DNA of 64,000 bases from Rhodospirillales bacterium (GTDB lineage Bacteria > Pseudomonadota > Alphaproteobacteria > Rhodospirillales > CAMCUA01): contig CBDFHV010000084.1 in the NCBI GenBank assembly GCA_965247705.1, positions 263,184 to 327,183 on the forward strand, written 5' to 3'. A program made the position numbers and the translations under genes. Under the pieces are notes generated by a model that made no database searches, had not been told where the DNA came from, and saw only the letters and a list, made by a program, of their open reading frames with translations. Shown here in pieces: positions 45,058 through 53,959 of this stretch (position 1 is the first letter of the stretch; every line of letters starts with the position of its first letter).

Positions 45058-46857
45058 ATGGTGCCACCGCTCCTGTCGCTGCAAGGCGTGACCGCCGGAT
45101 TCGGCGGCGAGCCCCTGTTCGCGGACCTTACCCTGCATATCGGCTCGTCCGAGCGCATGTGCCTGGTCGGCCGCAACGGCAGCGGCAAGTCCACCCTGTT
45201 GCGGATCCTGGCCGGCCATATGGAAGCCGATCGGGGGCAACGGTCCGTGCGGGCAGGCGCCCGCGTCGCCTATGTGGCGCAGGAGCCGGACCTGGCCGGC
45301 TTCGCGACCGTCGGCGATTATGTCCGCGCGGGGTTGGGAGGGTTGGTGTCGGAGGCGTTCCACAAGGCGGAACCGCTGCTGGAAGCGCTGCGGCTTTCCC
45401 CGGACGCGTCGACAACGGCCTTGTCCGGCGGCGAAGCGCGCCGGGCGGCGCTGGCGCGGGCCCTGGCCGGCGAACCGGACCTTCTGCTGTTGGACGAACC
45501 CACCAACCACTTGGACTTGCCGGCGATCGAGTGGCTGGAACAAACCCTCGACGTCTTTCCCGGGGCGGTTATTGTCGTCAGCCATGACCGGGTCTTTCTC
45601 GATCACCTGTCGCGGGTCACCCTGTGGCTTGACCGGGGGCGGCTGCGGCGCATGAACGGTTCCTTCGGCGGGTTCGAGGAATGGTCCGAGACCCTTCTGG
45701 CCCAGGAGCAACAGGCGACGCGCAAGCTGGACCGGCGCCTTGGCGCGGAAACCCGCTGGCTGCACAAGGGCGTCACCGCGCGCCGCAAGCGCAACCAGGG
45801 CCGCCTCCGCCGGCTGATGGAGATGCGGGCCGAGCGGCGGCGGATTCTGGGACTCCCGGGCCGGGTTCGCCTGCGACCGGAAGCCGCCGCGACCTCCGGC
45901 CGTCTGGTCATCGAGGCCCAGGACGTCACCAAGTCCCTCGGCGGTCGCGCCGTGATCGAGGGGTTTTCGTCCCGCGTTCTACGTGGTGACCGGATCGGCC
46001 TTATCGGCCCCAACGGGGCCGGCAAGACCACCCTTTTGCGCCTTCTGATCGGCGATCTGGCGCCCGATTCCGGCACCGTGCGCCTGGGGACGAGCCTTAA
46101 AGCGGCCTATTTGGACCAGAACCGGGCGGACCTGCCGGGCAATCTTACGGTGCGGGAGACCCTGTGCGAACGGGGCGGCGATCATGTGGTGGTGGCCGGC
46201 CGCTCGCGCCATGTGGTGTCCTATTTGGAGGACTTCCTGTTCGCGCCGTCCCAGGCCAATTCACCGGTCAGCGCCCTTTCGGGAGGCGAGCGCAACCGGC
46301 TTCGCCTGGCCCGGGCGCTGGCCCGGCCGTCCAACCTTCTGGTGCTGGACGAGCCCACCAACGATCTGGACATGGAGACCCTGGACGTCCTCCAGGAGAC
46401 CATCGCGGATTACAACGGCACCGTGCTGCTGGTCAGTCACGACCGGGACTTCCTGGATCGGGTGGTGACCTCGGTCATCGCGCTCGACGGGGCGGGCGGC
46501 ATCGTGGAATACGCCGGCGGCTACAACGATTACCTCGCCCAGCGCCCGCCCCCGGCCGCCGACCAGGCCCCGCCGCCCAAGCGGGACAAGCCACCGGCAA
46601 CGGTACCCCGGCAACAACGCAAGCTCAGCTACAAGCACCAGCGGGCGCTGGAGATTCTTCCCGGGCGGATCGCGGCGCTGGAGGCCAATGTCGCAATTCT
46701 GGAAACCCGTCTCGCCGATCCCAAACTCTACCGGCAGGACCCCACGGCATTCGCCAAGGAGACGGCAGCCCTGGAGGAAGCGCAAATCCGTTTGGCAACC
46801 GCCGAAGAAGAATGGCTGGAGGCGGCGAGCCTGCAGGAATCCCTCGACGCGGGCTGA
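45058..46857 (+). CDS. ABC-F family ATPase (Uup-like)
   Basis: two ABC cassettes (GRNGSGKST, GPNGAGKTT; LSGGEARR, LSGGERNR), no TM domain, C-terminal coiled coil. Confidence 0.9.
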   Translation: MVPPLLSLQGVTAGFGGEPLFADLTLHIGSSERMCLVGRNGSGKSTLLRILAGHMEADRGQRSVRAGARVAYVAQEPDLAGFATVGDYVRAGLGGLVSEAFHKAEPLLEALRLSPDASTTALSGGEARRAALARALAGEPDLLLLDEPTNHLDLPAIEWLEQTLDVFPGAVIVVSHDRVFLDHLSRVTLWLDRGRLRRMNGSFGGFEEWSETLLAQEQQATRKLDRRLGAETRWLHKGVTARRKRNQGRLRRLMEMRAERRRILGLPGRVRLRPEAAATSGRLVIEAQDVTKSLGGRAVIEGFSSRVLRGDRIGLIGPNGAGKTTLLRLLIGDLAPDSGTVRLGTSLKAAYLDQNRADLPGNLTVRETLCERGGDHVVVAGRSRHVVSYLEDFLFAPSQANSPVSALSGGERNRLRLARALARPSNLLVLDEPTNDLDMETLDVLQETIADYNGTVLLVSHDRDFLDRVVTSVIALDGAGGIVEYAGGYNDYLAQRPPPAADQAPPPKRDKPPATVPRQQRKLSYKHQRALEILPGRIAALEANVAILETRLADPKLYRQDPTAFAKETAALEEAQIRLATAEEEWLEAASLQESLDAG

Positions 46858-46938
46858 ACGGTGTCCGTGCCCGGCCCGTTGTTTCGGCCGCGTCGGGGCA
46901 CTACGGTCACGGTTCGACCGGGAAGGCGCGACAGTGCC

Positions 46939-47928
46939 ATGAAACTGGCGACCCTGAAGGCCGGCGGGCGGGACGGAACCCTGGCGGTGGTCTCGCGAGA
47001 TCTCAACCGCGCCGTGACCGTGCCCGACGTGGCGCCGACCCTGCAGGCGGCCCTAGATGACTGGGCCGAGGCGGTGGGTCCGTTGCGATCGGTCTATCGG
47101 TTGCTCAACCAGGGAAAGGCCGCCGGCGCCCGGCCCTTCGACCCGGCACAGGCCCATTCCCCCCTGCCCCGGGCGTACCAGTTCCTGGACGGCTCGGCCT
47201 ACGTCCATCACATCGAGCGGGTGCACCGCTCTCGCGGGCTGGAGATGCCGGAACGGTTCTGGACCGAGCCCTGCATGTACCAGACCGGCTCCGACAGCTT
47301 CGCCGGGCCTTGCGATCCCATGCTGGCCGCCGACGAGGCGTGGGGCCTGGACCTCGAGGCCGAACTGGCGGTGGTGACCGACGACGTGCCCATGGGCATC
47401 GACGCCACCGCGGCGCGCGACCACATCAAGCTGGTCATGTTGCTGAACGATTTCAGCCTGCGGCATCTGATCGTGGCCGAAAAGGCGAAGAACCTGGGGT
47501 TCATCCAGTGCAAACCCACCTCGGCCTTCTCGCCGGTGGCGGTGACGCCGGACGACCTGGGCGCGGCCTGGGACGGCGGGCGGGTCAACCTGCCCCTGGT
47601 GACCCACCTGAACGGCAAGCCTTTCGGTGCCGTCGACGCCGGCGCCGACATGGTGTTCGACTTCGGGGACCTGATCGCCCACGCAGCGAAAACCCGGCGC
47701 CTGTGCGCCGGCACCATCGTCGGCTCCGGTCCCGTGTCGGGGCGCGGCCACGACGACATCTGCGCCGCCATCGCCGAGAAACGCATCCACGAGGCCGAAG
47801 ACCACGGCGAGGCCAAGACTGCGTTCCTGAAGTTCGGCGATCGGGTGCGCATCGAGATGTTCGACCAAGCAGGCGACAGCGTTTTCGGCGCCATCGATCA
47901 GGCCGCGGCCCCCTACGAAGGATCGTAG
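46939..47928 (+). CDS. fumarylacetoacetate hydrolase (FAH) family protein
   Basis: 329 aa from ATG 46939; MKLATLK.GGRDG..., DLEAELAVV, GTIVGSG motifs. Confidence 0.8.
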   Translation: MKLATLKAGGRDGTLAVVSRDLNRAVTVPDVAPTLQAALDDWAEAVGPLRSVYRLLNQGKAAGARPFDPAQAHSPLPRAYQFLDGSAYVHHIERVHRSRGLEMPERFWTEPCMYQTGSDSFAGPCDPMLAADEAWGLDLEAELAVVTDDVPMGIDATAARDHIKLVMLLNDFSLRHLIVAEKAKNLGFIQCKPTSAFSPVAVTPDDLGAAWDGGRVNLPLVTHLNGKPFGAVDAGADMVFDFGDLIAHAAKTRRLCAGTIVGSGPVSGRGHDDICAAIAEKRIHEAEDHGEAKTAFLKFGDRVRIEMFDQAGDSVFGAIDQAAAPYEGS

Positions 47929-48040
47929 GCGGGATCACACTCCTTGGTCGGCCGCCAGCGACGGGAGTTCGGAAGGGGATTTATGTCCCATTGCGCACCG
48001 TCCGTGCGACGTCGCGTACGAGATCTCCTGCTCCTTGGTT

Positions 48041-49072
48041 TTAGCTCTGGAACCAGACATCCGGCGGGGTGTGGCCTTCGGGCAAGGGGTCGGTGGGATC
48101 CAGTCCGTACTGCATGATCCCCGTGACCCAGGCCTGCCCGGCGGTGGTCGAAATAACAGCCGGTTCGGCGCCGACGGTCGTGATCGCCACGATTTCGGCG
48201 AAGAAACGGGTGCCGAACGCGGATTCGTGGACGAACGCCTCACCCGCGCCGATGAGGCCGTTGGCGTGGAGGAGCGCAAGACGGGCCGCGGTGCCCGTTC
48301 CACACGGCGAGCGATCGAGGCGCCCATTGCCGCAGGCCACCGCGTTGCGGGCGTGCAACTGCCCGTCCCGGCGTTCGATCGGGCCGGCGAACAGAACATT
48401 GGCGATGCCGCGAATGCGTCCTTCGGTGGGGTGGACCACTTCGAACTGCGCGTTGCAGGCGGTACGGATCGCAAGCCCGGCTTGGGCGATGTCGTGAGCC
48501 TCGTCGGCGCTGACGGCGAACCCGAGGCTCCCGGCGTCGACGATGGCGTAGAAAATACCGCCGTAGGCGATGTCGATGTGCACCATGCCGAGACCCGGGA
48601 CATCGAGGATGCGCTGGCCGCCCCAGATGAAGGCGGGCACGTGGGTGAGCCGTACCGCCTCGACCTTGCCGTCCCGGCATCGGCAACGGGCCTCGATCAG
48701 GCCGGCTGGCGCTTCCATCACCAGGCGCGTTTCCGGCTCGACCATCGGCACTATGCCGCTTTCCAGCACCACGGTCGCGACGCATATCGCGTTCGATCCG
48801 GACATGGCCGGATACTTGGTGGCCTCCATGATGACGAAGCCGATATCGGCCTCGGGACGCGTCGGGGGCAGCAGGACGTTAACCGCGTGACAGGGCCCTC
48901 CCCGGGGTTCGAACAGGATCATGCGTCGGATCTCGTCCGCCTGACGCTCCAGATACTCCTTTTTCTCGAACATCGACGCGCCGGGAACGTCGACGATGCC
49001 GCCGGTGATGACGTTCCCGACCTCCCCCTCGGCGTGCGCGCCGATGACGCTTAGTGTTCTCCGCCAGTGCAT
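48041..49072 (-). CDS. proline racemase-family enzyme (4-hydroxyproline epimerase / hydroxyproline dehydratase-like)
   Basis: 343 aa; HAEGE, second catalytic motif DRSPCGTG present; first catalytic position reads M-S-G-S (Ser rather than Cys). Confidence 0.85.
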   Translation of the reverse strand: MHWRRTLSVIGAHAEGEVGNVITGGIVDVPGASMFEKKEYLERQADEIRRMILFEPRGGPCHAVNVLLPPTRPEADIGFVIMEATKYPAMSGSNAICVATVVLESGIVPMVEPETRLVMEAPAGLIEARCRCRDGKVEAVRLTHVPAFIWGGQRILDVPGLGMVHIDIAYGGIFYAIVDAGSLGFAVSADEAHDIAQAGLAIRTACNAQFEVVHPTEGRIRGIANVLFAGPIERRDGQLHARNAVACGNGRLDRSPCGTGTAARLALLHANGLIGAGEAFVHESAFGTRFFAEIVAITTVGAEPAVISTTAGQAWVTGIMQYGLDPTDPLPEGHTPPDVWFQS

Positions 49073-49190
49073 TTCTTTCCGCCGTCGTGCCGTCTCTGTC
49101 GGGAAGTCTCTAGAGCCGCCGCGGTTGCCCCCGGCTTCCGCCCTCCGGTCGCCTACGGCTCCCTATGGCCGGAAGCCGGAGGCTGCACTC

Positions 49191-49469
49191 TTATACCAAG
49201 GGACACTGATAATGACCCATGGAGATCGTCACTGCGTCCCGTCGGGTAGGAGACAAGCCGCTGGCGATGCGGTGCATCGTCGAGGTTTGTCGACGCCCTA
49301 AGACGGGACGCCCACTGGGACGCAGTGACGACCGGAACGGCGGCTTCCCAGGGCTTTCGGACGTCGTCGCGCTCGCCTTGCGATGCACCGCATCGCCACG
49401 ACGAACGCTCCTTGCCGAAAACCCTGGGAAGCCGTCTCCATGGGTCATTATCAGTGACCCTTGGTATTA
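49191..49469. repeat. 279-bp palindromic two-module element (MITE-like or structured RNA locus)
   Basis: 35-nt terminal inverted repeats (33/35), each followed at the same offsets by a long stem and an 18-nt palindromic box; details in findings. Confidence 0.7.
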
Positions 49470-49712
49470 CACCAATCGGTGGGACCTACCCCATCTGTCG
49501 AAGATCAGTACCGATTTTCGCGAAGCATGCATGATCGCGGCGTGAGGCGTGTGGCAACACCGTCGATGGCAAGTGTACCGCCAGCATCGGAACGTGGCTG
49601 TCAGGGGTCTGGACGGGAATGCTGGCCCTGAGGGTAGACAGATCGTTGTATCGGCAAGCATGCGCCCATACGATGCGAGGACACGAAAACGCTGCTCGAA
49701 CGGATAGACCAG

Positions 49713-50177
49713 TTGGCTATATCAAAACACACCCGGCCCTTCCACGATCCACGGGTAAGAGCGGCCTTCGATGCCTATCCAAGCGAATTGCGCACGGCGC
49801 TTCTGCGATTGCGGGAGCTGATATTTGACACCGCCCACGAGACCGAAGGTGTTGGCGAATTGGTTGAAACGACGAAATGGGGACAACCGGCCTACTTGCC
49901 GGCGAAACGAAAAACCGGCACTACGATTCGAATAGGTACAGTGAGAAATGAACCGGGTCGTTACGGGATGTTCTTTCACTGCCAAACAACGCTGATTGAG
50001 ACTTTCCGGGGGCTTTATCCGGATCAGTTTGACTTTCGGGGTCGTCGGGCCCTTCTGTTCTCCGATGATCAACCAATAGCCATGGATGCCCTAAAACACT
50101 GCATTTCCCTATCGCTGACGTATCATTTGAAGCCGAGGCATCAGCAATCGGCAACACGGTCCGAGGCTCGCGTTTGA
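49713..50177 (+). CDS. DUF1801 (YdhG-like) domain protein
   Basis: 154 aa; track start is a TTG; ...YPSELRTALLRLRELI...TKWGQPAY pattern; lower GC than the surroundings. Confidence 0.6.
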   Translation: MAISKHTRPFHDPRVRAAFDAYPSELRTALLRLRELIFDTAHETEGVGELVETTKWGQPAYLPAKRKTGTTIRIGTVRNEPGRYGMFFHCQTTLIETFRGLYPDQFDFRGRRALLFSDDQPIAMDALKHCISLSLTYHLKPRHQQSATRSEARV

Positions 50178-50205
50178 TCCGAAGCGGACATGCAATTTCT
50201 GATCG

Positions 50206-50535
50206 TCAATCGACTATGAACAGCTTGGCGCCGACCAGAGTGGAGGATCGGTGTGGTTCCGCATTGTCGGCAACTTGATAACTCATGCCCGGCTTAAGAA
50301 CAAACTCTCGACCATCGTCCAGTTCAGTGTGTAACGCGCCTTCCATGCAGAAGAGAATATGGCCTTTGACGCACCAGTGATCGGCCAAATATCCCGGGGA
50401 ATACTCCACCATTCGGACGCGGATAGCGCCAAAATTTTGGGTTTGCCAATAGGCAACGCCTGTTTCGCCCTTGTGTTCCGTGCGCTCGACTGCGGACCAG
50501 TCGGTAGTCCCAAAGGGAATTCCGGTCATATGCAT
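50206..50535 (-). CDS. DHCW-motif cupin-fold protein
   Basis: 109 aa from ATG 50535 (AGGAG 9 nt upstream); IPFGTTDW...GYLADHWC motif. Confidence 0.75.
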   Translation of the reverse strand: MHMTGIPFGTTDWSAVERTEHKGETGVAYWQTQNFGAIRVRMVEYSPGYLADHWCVKGHILFCMEGALHTELDDGREFVLKPGMSYQVADNAEPHRSSTLVGAKLFIVD

Positions 50536-50640
50536 GCAATGAGGCTCCTGGACATGAATATCGTCTGCGTTGCCGATGCTTATAGTCGGATGCCTACGGC
50601 CTGTTGATACCAATGGGTACCGTCTGTCAGACTTAGACCA

Positions 50641-51204
50641 CTAGAGACCAGCCTGTCGAAGCAACGCTTCGGCGGCCGCTCGCGCGCGCATGGCGGCCTT
50701 GCGGTCGCCGGCGACGTGGGACATGACAATGGCCCCTTCCATCAGCAGCATCAGTCCATGGGCGAGGTCGTCCGGCTCCGACGCCCCGGCGGCTTCGGTC
50801 AACGTCCGCACGTAGTTCAGGATCAGGATCTTGTGCTCGCCCGAGGCCCGGTGGATGGGGTGGTTGGGGTCGGCGAACTCGGCCGACGCGTTGACGAACA
50901 TGCAGCCGGAGAATCCCTTCTCCGCAAACCATTCGTCGAGAACATCGTAGACGGCGAGAAGGCGATCCCGGGGCGCCGCCCCGCGACGTTCGACGGCGCG
51001 CATGAACCAGTTGCGAAACGTCTCGTCGCGCCGCCGGAGGGCGGCAAGAATCAGCTCGTCCTTCGATTTGAAGTGGTTGTAGAGCGTCATCCGCGCCACA
51101 CCGGATTCGGCGATGATCTTGTCGATGCCGCTGGCGTGGAAACCGTCCCGGTAGAAGATCTCGAGCGCCGTATCGACGAGGTGGTCGCGCTTGCCGGATG
51201 CCAT
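50641..51204 (-). CDS. TetR/AcrR-family transcriptional regulator
   Basis: 187 aa; N-terminal HTH GFHASGIDKIIAESGVARMTLYNHFKSKDEL. Confidence 0.9.
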   Translation of the reverse strand: MASGKRDHLVDTALEIFYRDGFHASGIDKIIAESGVARMTLYNHFKSKDELILAALRRRDETFRNWFMRAVERRGAAPRDRLLAVYDVLDEWFAEKGFSGCMFVNASAEFADPNHPIHRASGEHKILILNYVRTLTEAAGASEPDDLAHGLMLLMEGAIVMSHVAGDRKAAMRARAAAEALLRQAGL

Positions 51205-51651
51205 GGGAGTCCAAATCCGATTTATGTAGAACGTTCAGTCAATAAACTAAGCGATAACGATACGGGTTGCAAGAGTCATATGCGACGGCTTGATGCGAAT
51301 CCGTGTGCCATTCGGTTTCCGTTTGAACCATTCGCGAATGCGGCTACGGCTGGCAGGCTTCACAGTTCCCCCGCCACCCCCGCGCAGGCGGGGTCCACGA
51401 CCGGCAGTCCCATGGACCCCCGCCTGCGCTGGGGAGACTGGGAGGTGGTGGCAGTCGTCGGGACTGATTTCCCATCCCAACCAAGGCGAACGAATTATAC
51501 GGAATCGGTAATGCTTGTGGGGAGCAGGCGGTGGGTTAAAGCGTTGGCGCCAAAAAAATGAGGTTTCCGAAATTCCTGGATCAGCCATAAATAGGGTATT
51601 GACTAGATAGAACGATCAATCTATAACCGACAAATCACATCCCACCACGAT

Positions 51652-51755
51652 GGCGATCCCGACAGGCGATCCCGACAGGCGATCCCGACAGGCGATCCCG
51701 ACAGGCGATCCCGACAGGCGATCCCGACAGGCGATCCCGACAGGCGATCCCGTCA
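51652..51755. repeat. 13-bp x 8 tandem repeat (GGCGATCCCGACA), 35 bp upstream of the hydrolase ATG
   Basis: seven perfect units from 51652 plus an eighth with one change (GGCGATCCCGTCA, 51743-51755); no spacers. Confidence 0.95.
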
Positions 51756-51789
51756 CCGTCATCAGACCAGGCACCGAAGGAGACATCCC

Positions 51790-52782
51790 ATGTTCACCAT
51801 CAACACCTCGACCCCCTCGATCGCCCGCTTCGGCAGGGCCACGGCCATTGCCGCCGGTGCCGCCGGATTGATTCTCGCCGCGGCCGCGGCCACCCCGGCG
51901 GCTTCCGTGGAATTGTTCGACACGACAACGGTTCACAAGACCGTCGCAGTGGACGGACTGGACATCTTCTACCGCGAGGCCGGACGTCCCAACGCGCCAA
52001 CGATCCTGCTTCTTCACGGCTTCCCGACGTCGTCACAAATGTTTCGCGATCTGATACCGGCCCTTGCCGACCGCTTCCACCTGGTGGCGCCGGACTATCC
52101 GGGCTTCGGCAACAGTTCCATGCCGTCCGTGGATGAGTTCGACTACAGCTTCGACAACATTGCCCGGGTCATGGACGGCTTCACCCGGAAGCTGGGACTC
52201 GATCGCTACAGCCTCTACGTCATGGACTACGGCGCCCCCGTCGGTTTCCGCCTCGCCGAACAGCATCCGGAGCGGGTCCAGGCGCTGATCGTCCAGAACG
52301 GCAACGCCTACGAGGAAGGCCTGGGCGCCTTCTGGACCCCCTTCCGCGCCTACTGGCAAAACCGGACCGAAAAGACCGCCGAGCCGCTGAAGGGCTTTCT
52401 GAACCTCGCGGCGACAAAGTGGCAGTACACCCACGGCACCCGGAACCCAGCGGCCATCAGTCCAGACGCCTGGATCGTCGATCAGTACTTCCAGGACCGT
52501 CCCGGCAACAAGGCGATCCAGCTACAGCTATTTTATGACTACGGCTCCAACCCGCCCCTCTATCCCCAATGGCAGGCCTACTTCCGGGCCCATCAGCCGC
52601 CCACCCTGGTCGTCTGGGGCAAGAACGACCAGATCTTCCCCGCCGCCGGCGCCCACCCCTACACACGCGACCTGAAGACCATCGAAGTCCACCTGTTGAA
52701 TTCCGGACACTTCGCCCTGGAAGAAGATGGCGACGAGATTGCCCGCCACATCCGGCGCTTCCTTGAGACCCACGTTCACTGA
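51790..52782 (+). CDS. secreted alpha/beta hydrolase (epoxide-hydrolase/haloalkane-dehalogenase-like)
   Basis: 330 aa; GAAGGAG RBS; signal peptide; [17 protein letters not shown] nucleophile-elbow-like motif. Confidence 0.85.
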   Translation: MFTINTSTPSIARFGRATAIAAGAAGLILAAAAATPAASVELFDTTTVHKTVAVDGLDIFYREAGRPNAPTILLLHGFPTSSQMFRDLIPALADRFHLVAPDYPGFGNSSMPSVDEFDYSFDNIARVMDGFTRKLGLDRYSLYVMDYGAPVGFRLAEQHPERVQALIVQNGNAYEEGLGAFWTPFRAYWQNRTEKTAEPLKGFLNLAATKWQYTHGTRNPAAISPDAWIVDQYFQDRPGNKAIQLQLFYDYGSNPPLYPQWQAYFRAHQPPTLVVWGKNDQIFPAAGAHPYTRDLKTIEVHLLNSGHFALEEDGDEIARHIRRFLETHVH

Positions 52783-52852
52783 CGCCTCGAGCGGGGAGCG
52801 GGCCGATGCGTCCGCTCCCCGCCCTCGACCCCGAACAACGAGGAACGATCCG

Positions 52853-53455
52853 ATGACCCAGCAAATCAGCGACGTGGCCTTCACCCCCGCCGTCAAGCAG
52901 GTGCAGGAGCACCGTGGTTCGCGAAAAGCCTATGCGCGGATGGAGGCAAAAGGCGGCTGGCGGGACACGGTGACGGATGACCTGGCCCGCTTCATCGGCG
53001 CTCGCGAGTCGTTCTATCTGGGAACCGCCAGTGCCGATGGCCATCCCTACGTCCAGCACCGGGGCGGCAAGCCCGGGTTCCTCAAGGTGGTGGACGATCG
53101 CACCCTGGCCTTCGCCGATTTTCGTGGCAACCGGCAATACATCTCCACCGGAAATCTCAGCGAGAACGACAAGGCCTACATCTTTCTGATGGATTACGCC
53201 AACCGCCGCCGGATCAAGATCTGGGGCCGGGCGCGGGTGGTCGACGACGACCCGGATCTGATCGCGCGCTTAGCCGATGCCGATTACAAAGCCCAGCCGG
53301 AGCAGGCCATTGTCTTCCACGTCACGGCCTGGGACGTGAACTGCCCCCAGCACATCACCCGGCGATACTCCGAAGCGGAGATGGAGAGGGCGACGGCGCC
53401 GCTCAAGCAGCGGATCGCCGAGCTTGAAGCGCTGAACCACCACGCCAACGCGTAA
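52853..53455 (+). CDS. pyridoxamine 5'-phosphate oxidase-family (FMN-binding split barrel) protein
   Basis: 200 aa from ATG 52853 (AGGAA upstream); FYLGTASADGHPYVQHRGG, FADFRGNRQY motifs. Confidence 0.8.
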   Translation: MTQQISDVAFTPAVKQVQEHRGSRKAYARMEAKGGWRDTVTDDLARFIGARESFYLGTASADGHPYVQHRGGKPGFLKVVDDRTLAFADFRGNRQYISTGNLSENDKAYIFLMDYANRRRIKIWGRARVVDDDPDLIARLADADYKAQPEQAIVFHVTAWDVNCPQHITRRYSEAEMERATAPLKQRIAELEALNHHANA

Positions 53456-53494
53456 GCATGTCCCGGTACGGAACCAAATTCAGGGAGACGCACG

Positions 53495-53683
53495 ATGAAT
53501 GAGCAACAACGTCACCACGCCCGAATTGCCGAGGATCTGAAGCGCTACATTCGGGACTATTGCACCTCGGCCTCCGGCATTCCCGTCACCGACTTTTCGG
53601 GCGAGGGGTGCCACGACGCTTTTCTCCAATTGCAGCAAGCGCTGGGCGACCTTCGCGACGGCAACCTCGGGCCGTCAGTTTGA
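53495..53683 (+). CDS. hypothetical small protein (62 aa)
   Basis: AGGGAG 8 nt upstream of the ATG; no family recognised. Confidence 0.4.
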   Translation: MNEQQRHHARIAEDLKRYIRDYCTSASGIPVTDFSGEGCHDAFLQLQQALGDLRDGNLGPSV

Positions 53684-53851
53684 TACCGACGAGCCTATGA
53701 AACGACTTTCCCTTGACGCCTGTGAAGGGGACCCGGCCCGACCGCCGGGGCGGGAGCTGGAGCGGGGACGGGCGGGTCTGAGACCCGCCCGCTTCAGACC
53801 CTCGGGCAGGCAGCAATCGCACCGTGAGTCACATCAAAGGCTCGTCGGTAT
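53683..53851. repeat. REP-containing element bracketed by a 14-bp perfect inverted repeat
   Basis: ATACCGACGAGCCT (53683-53696) / AGGCTCGTCGGTAT (53838-53851); central hairpin GGGCGGGTC-TGA-GACCCGCCC at 53770-53790 is identical to 22984-23004. Confidence 0.65.
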
Positions 53852-53959
53852 GACTCCCAGGGAAAATAAAATAATTTCAACGACTTCGGCCTGGGCGACA
53901 TCGCCTGGGCTCGGGAGTAGCCGGGCGCCCCATCTCAGCGGTGGATCATTGGTCCGCCC

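Noticed and set aside
49191-49469. Retron msr/msd, integron attC site or tRNA-like gene
   Set aside because: There is no reverse transcriptase or integrase nearby, no GTTRRRY/RYYYAAC core sites, and no cloverleaf. The two-fold module symmetry fits a MITE-like or paired-hairpin element better.
51652-51755. CRISPR array
   Set aside because: The units are contiguous with no spacers and are only 13 bp long. No cas genes are present in the window.
51650-51871. 73-aa ORF translating the tandem repeat as [13 protein letters not shown] repeats
   Set aside because: The repeat unit is 13 bp, so the peptide periodicity is an artefact of three units (39 bp). There is no RBS, and the ORF runs into the hydrolase start in another frame.
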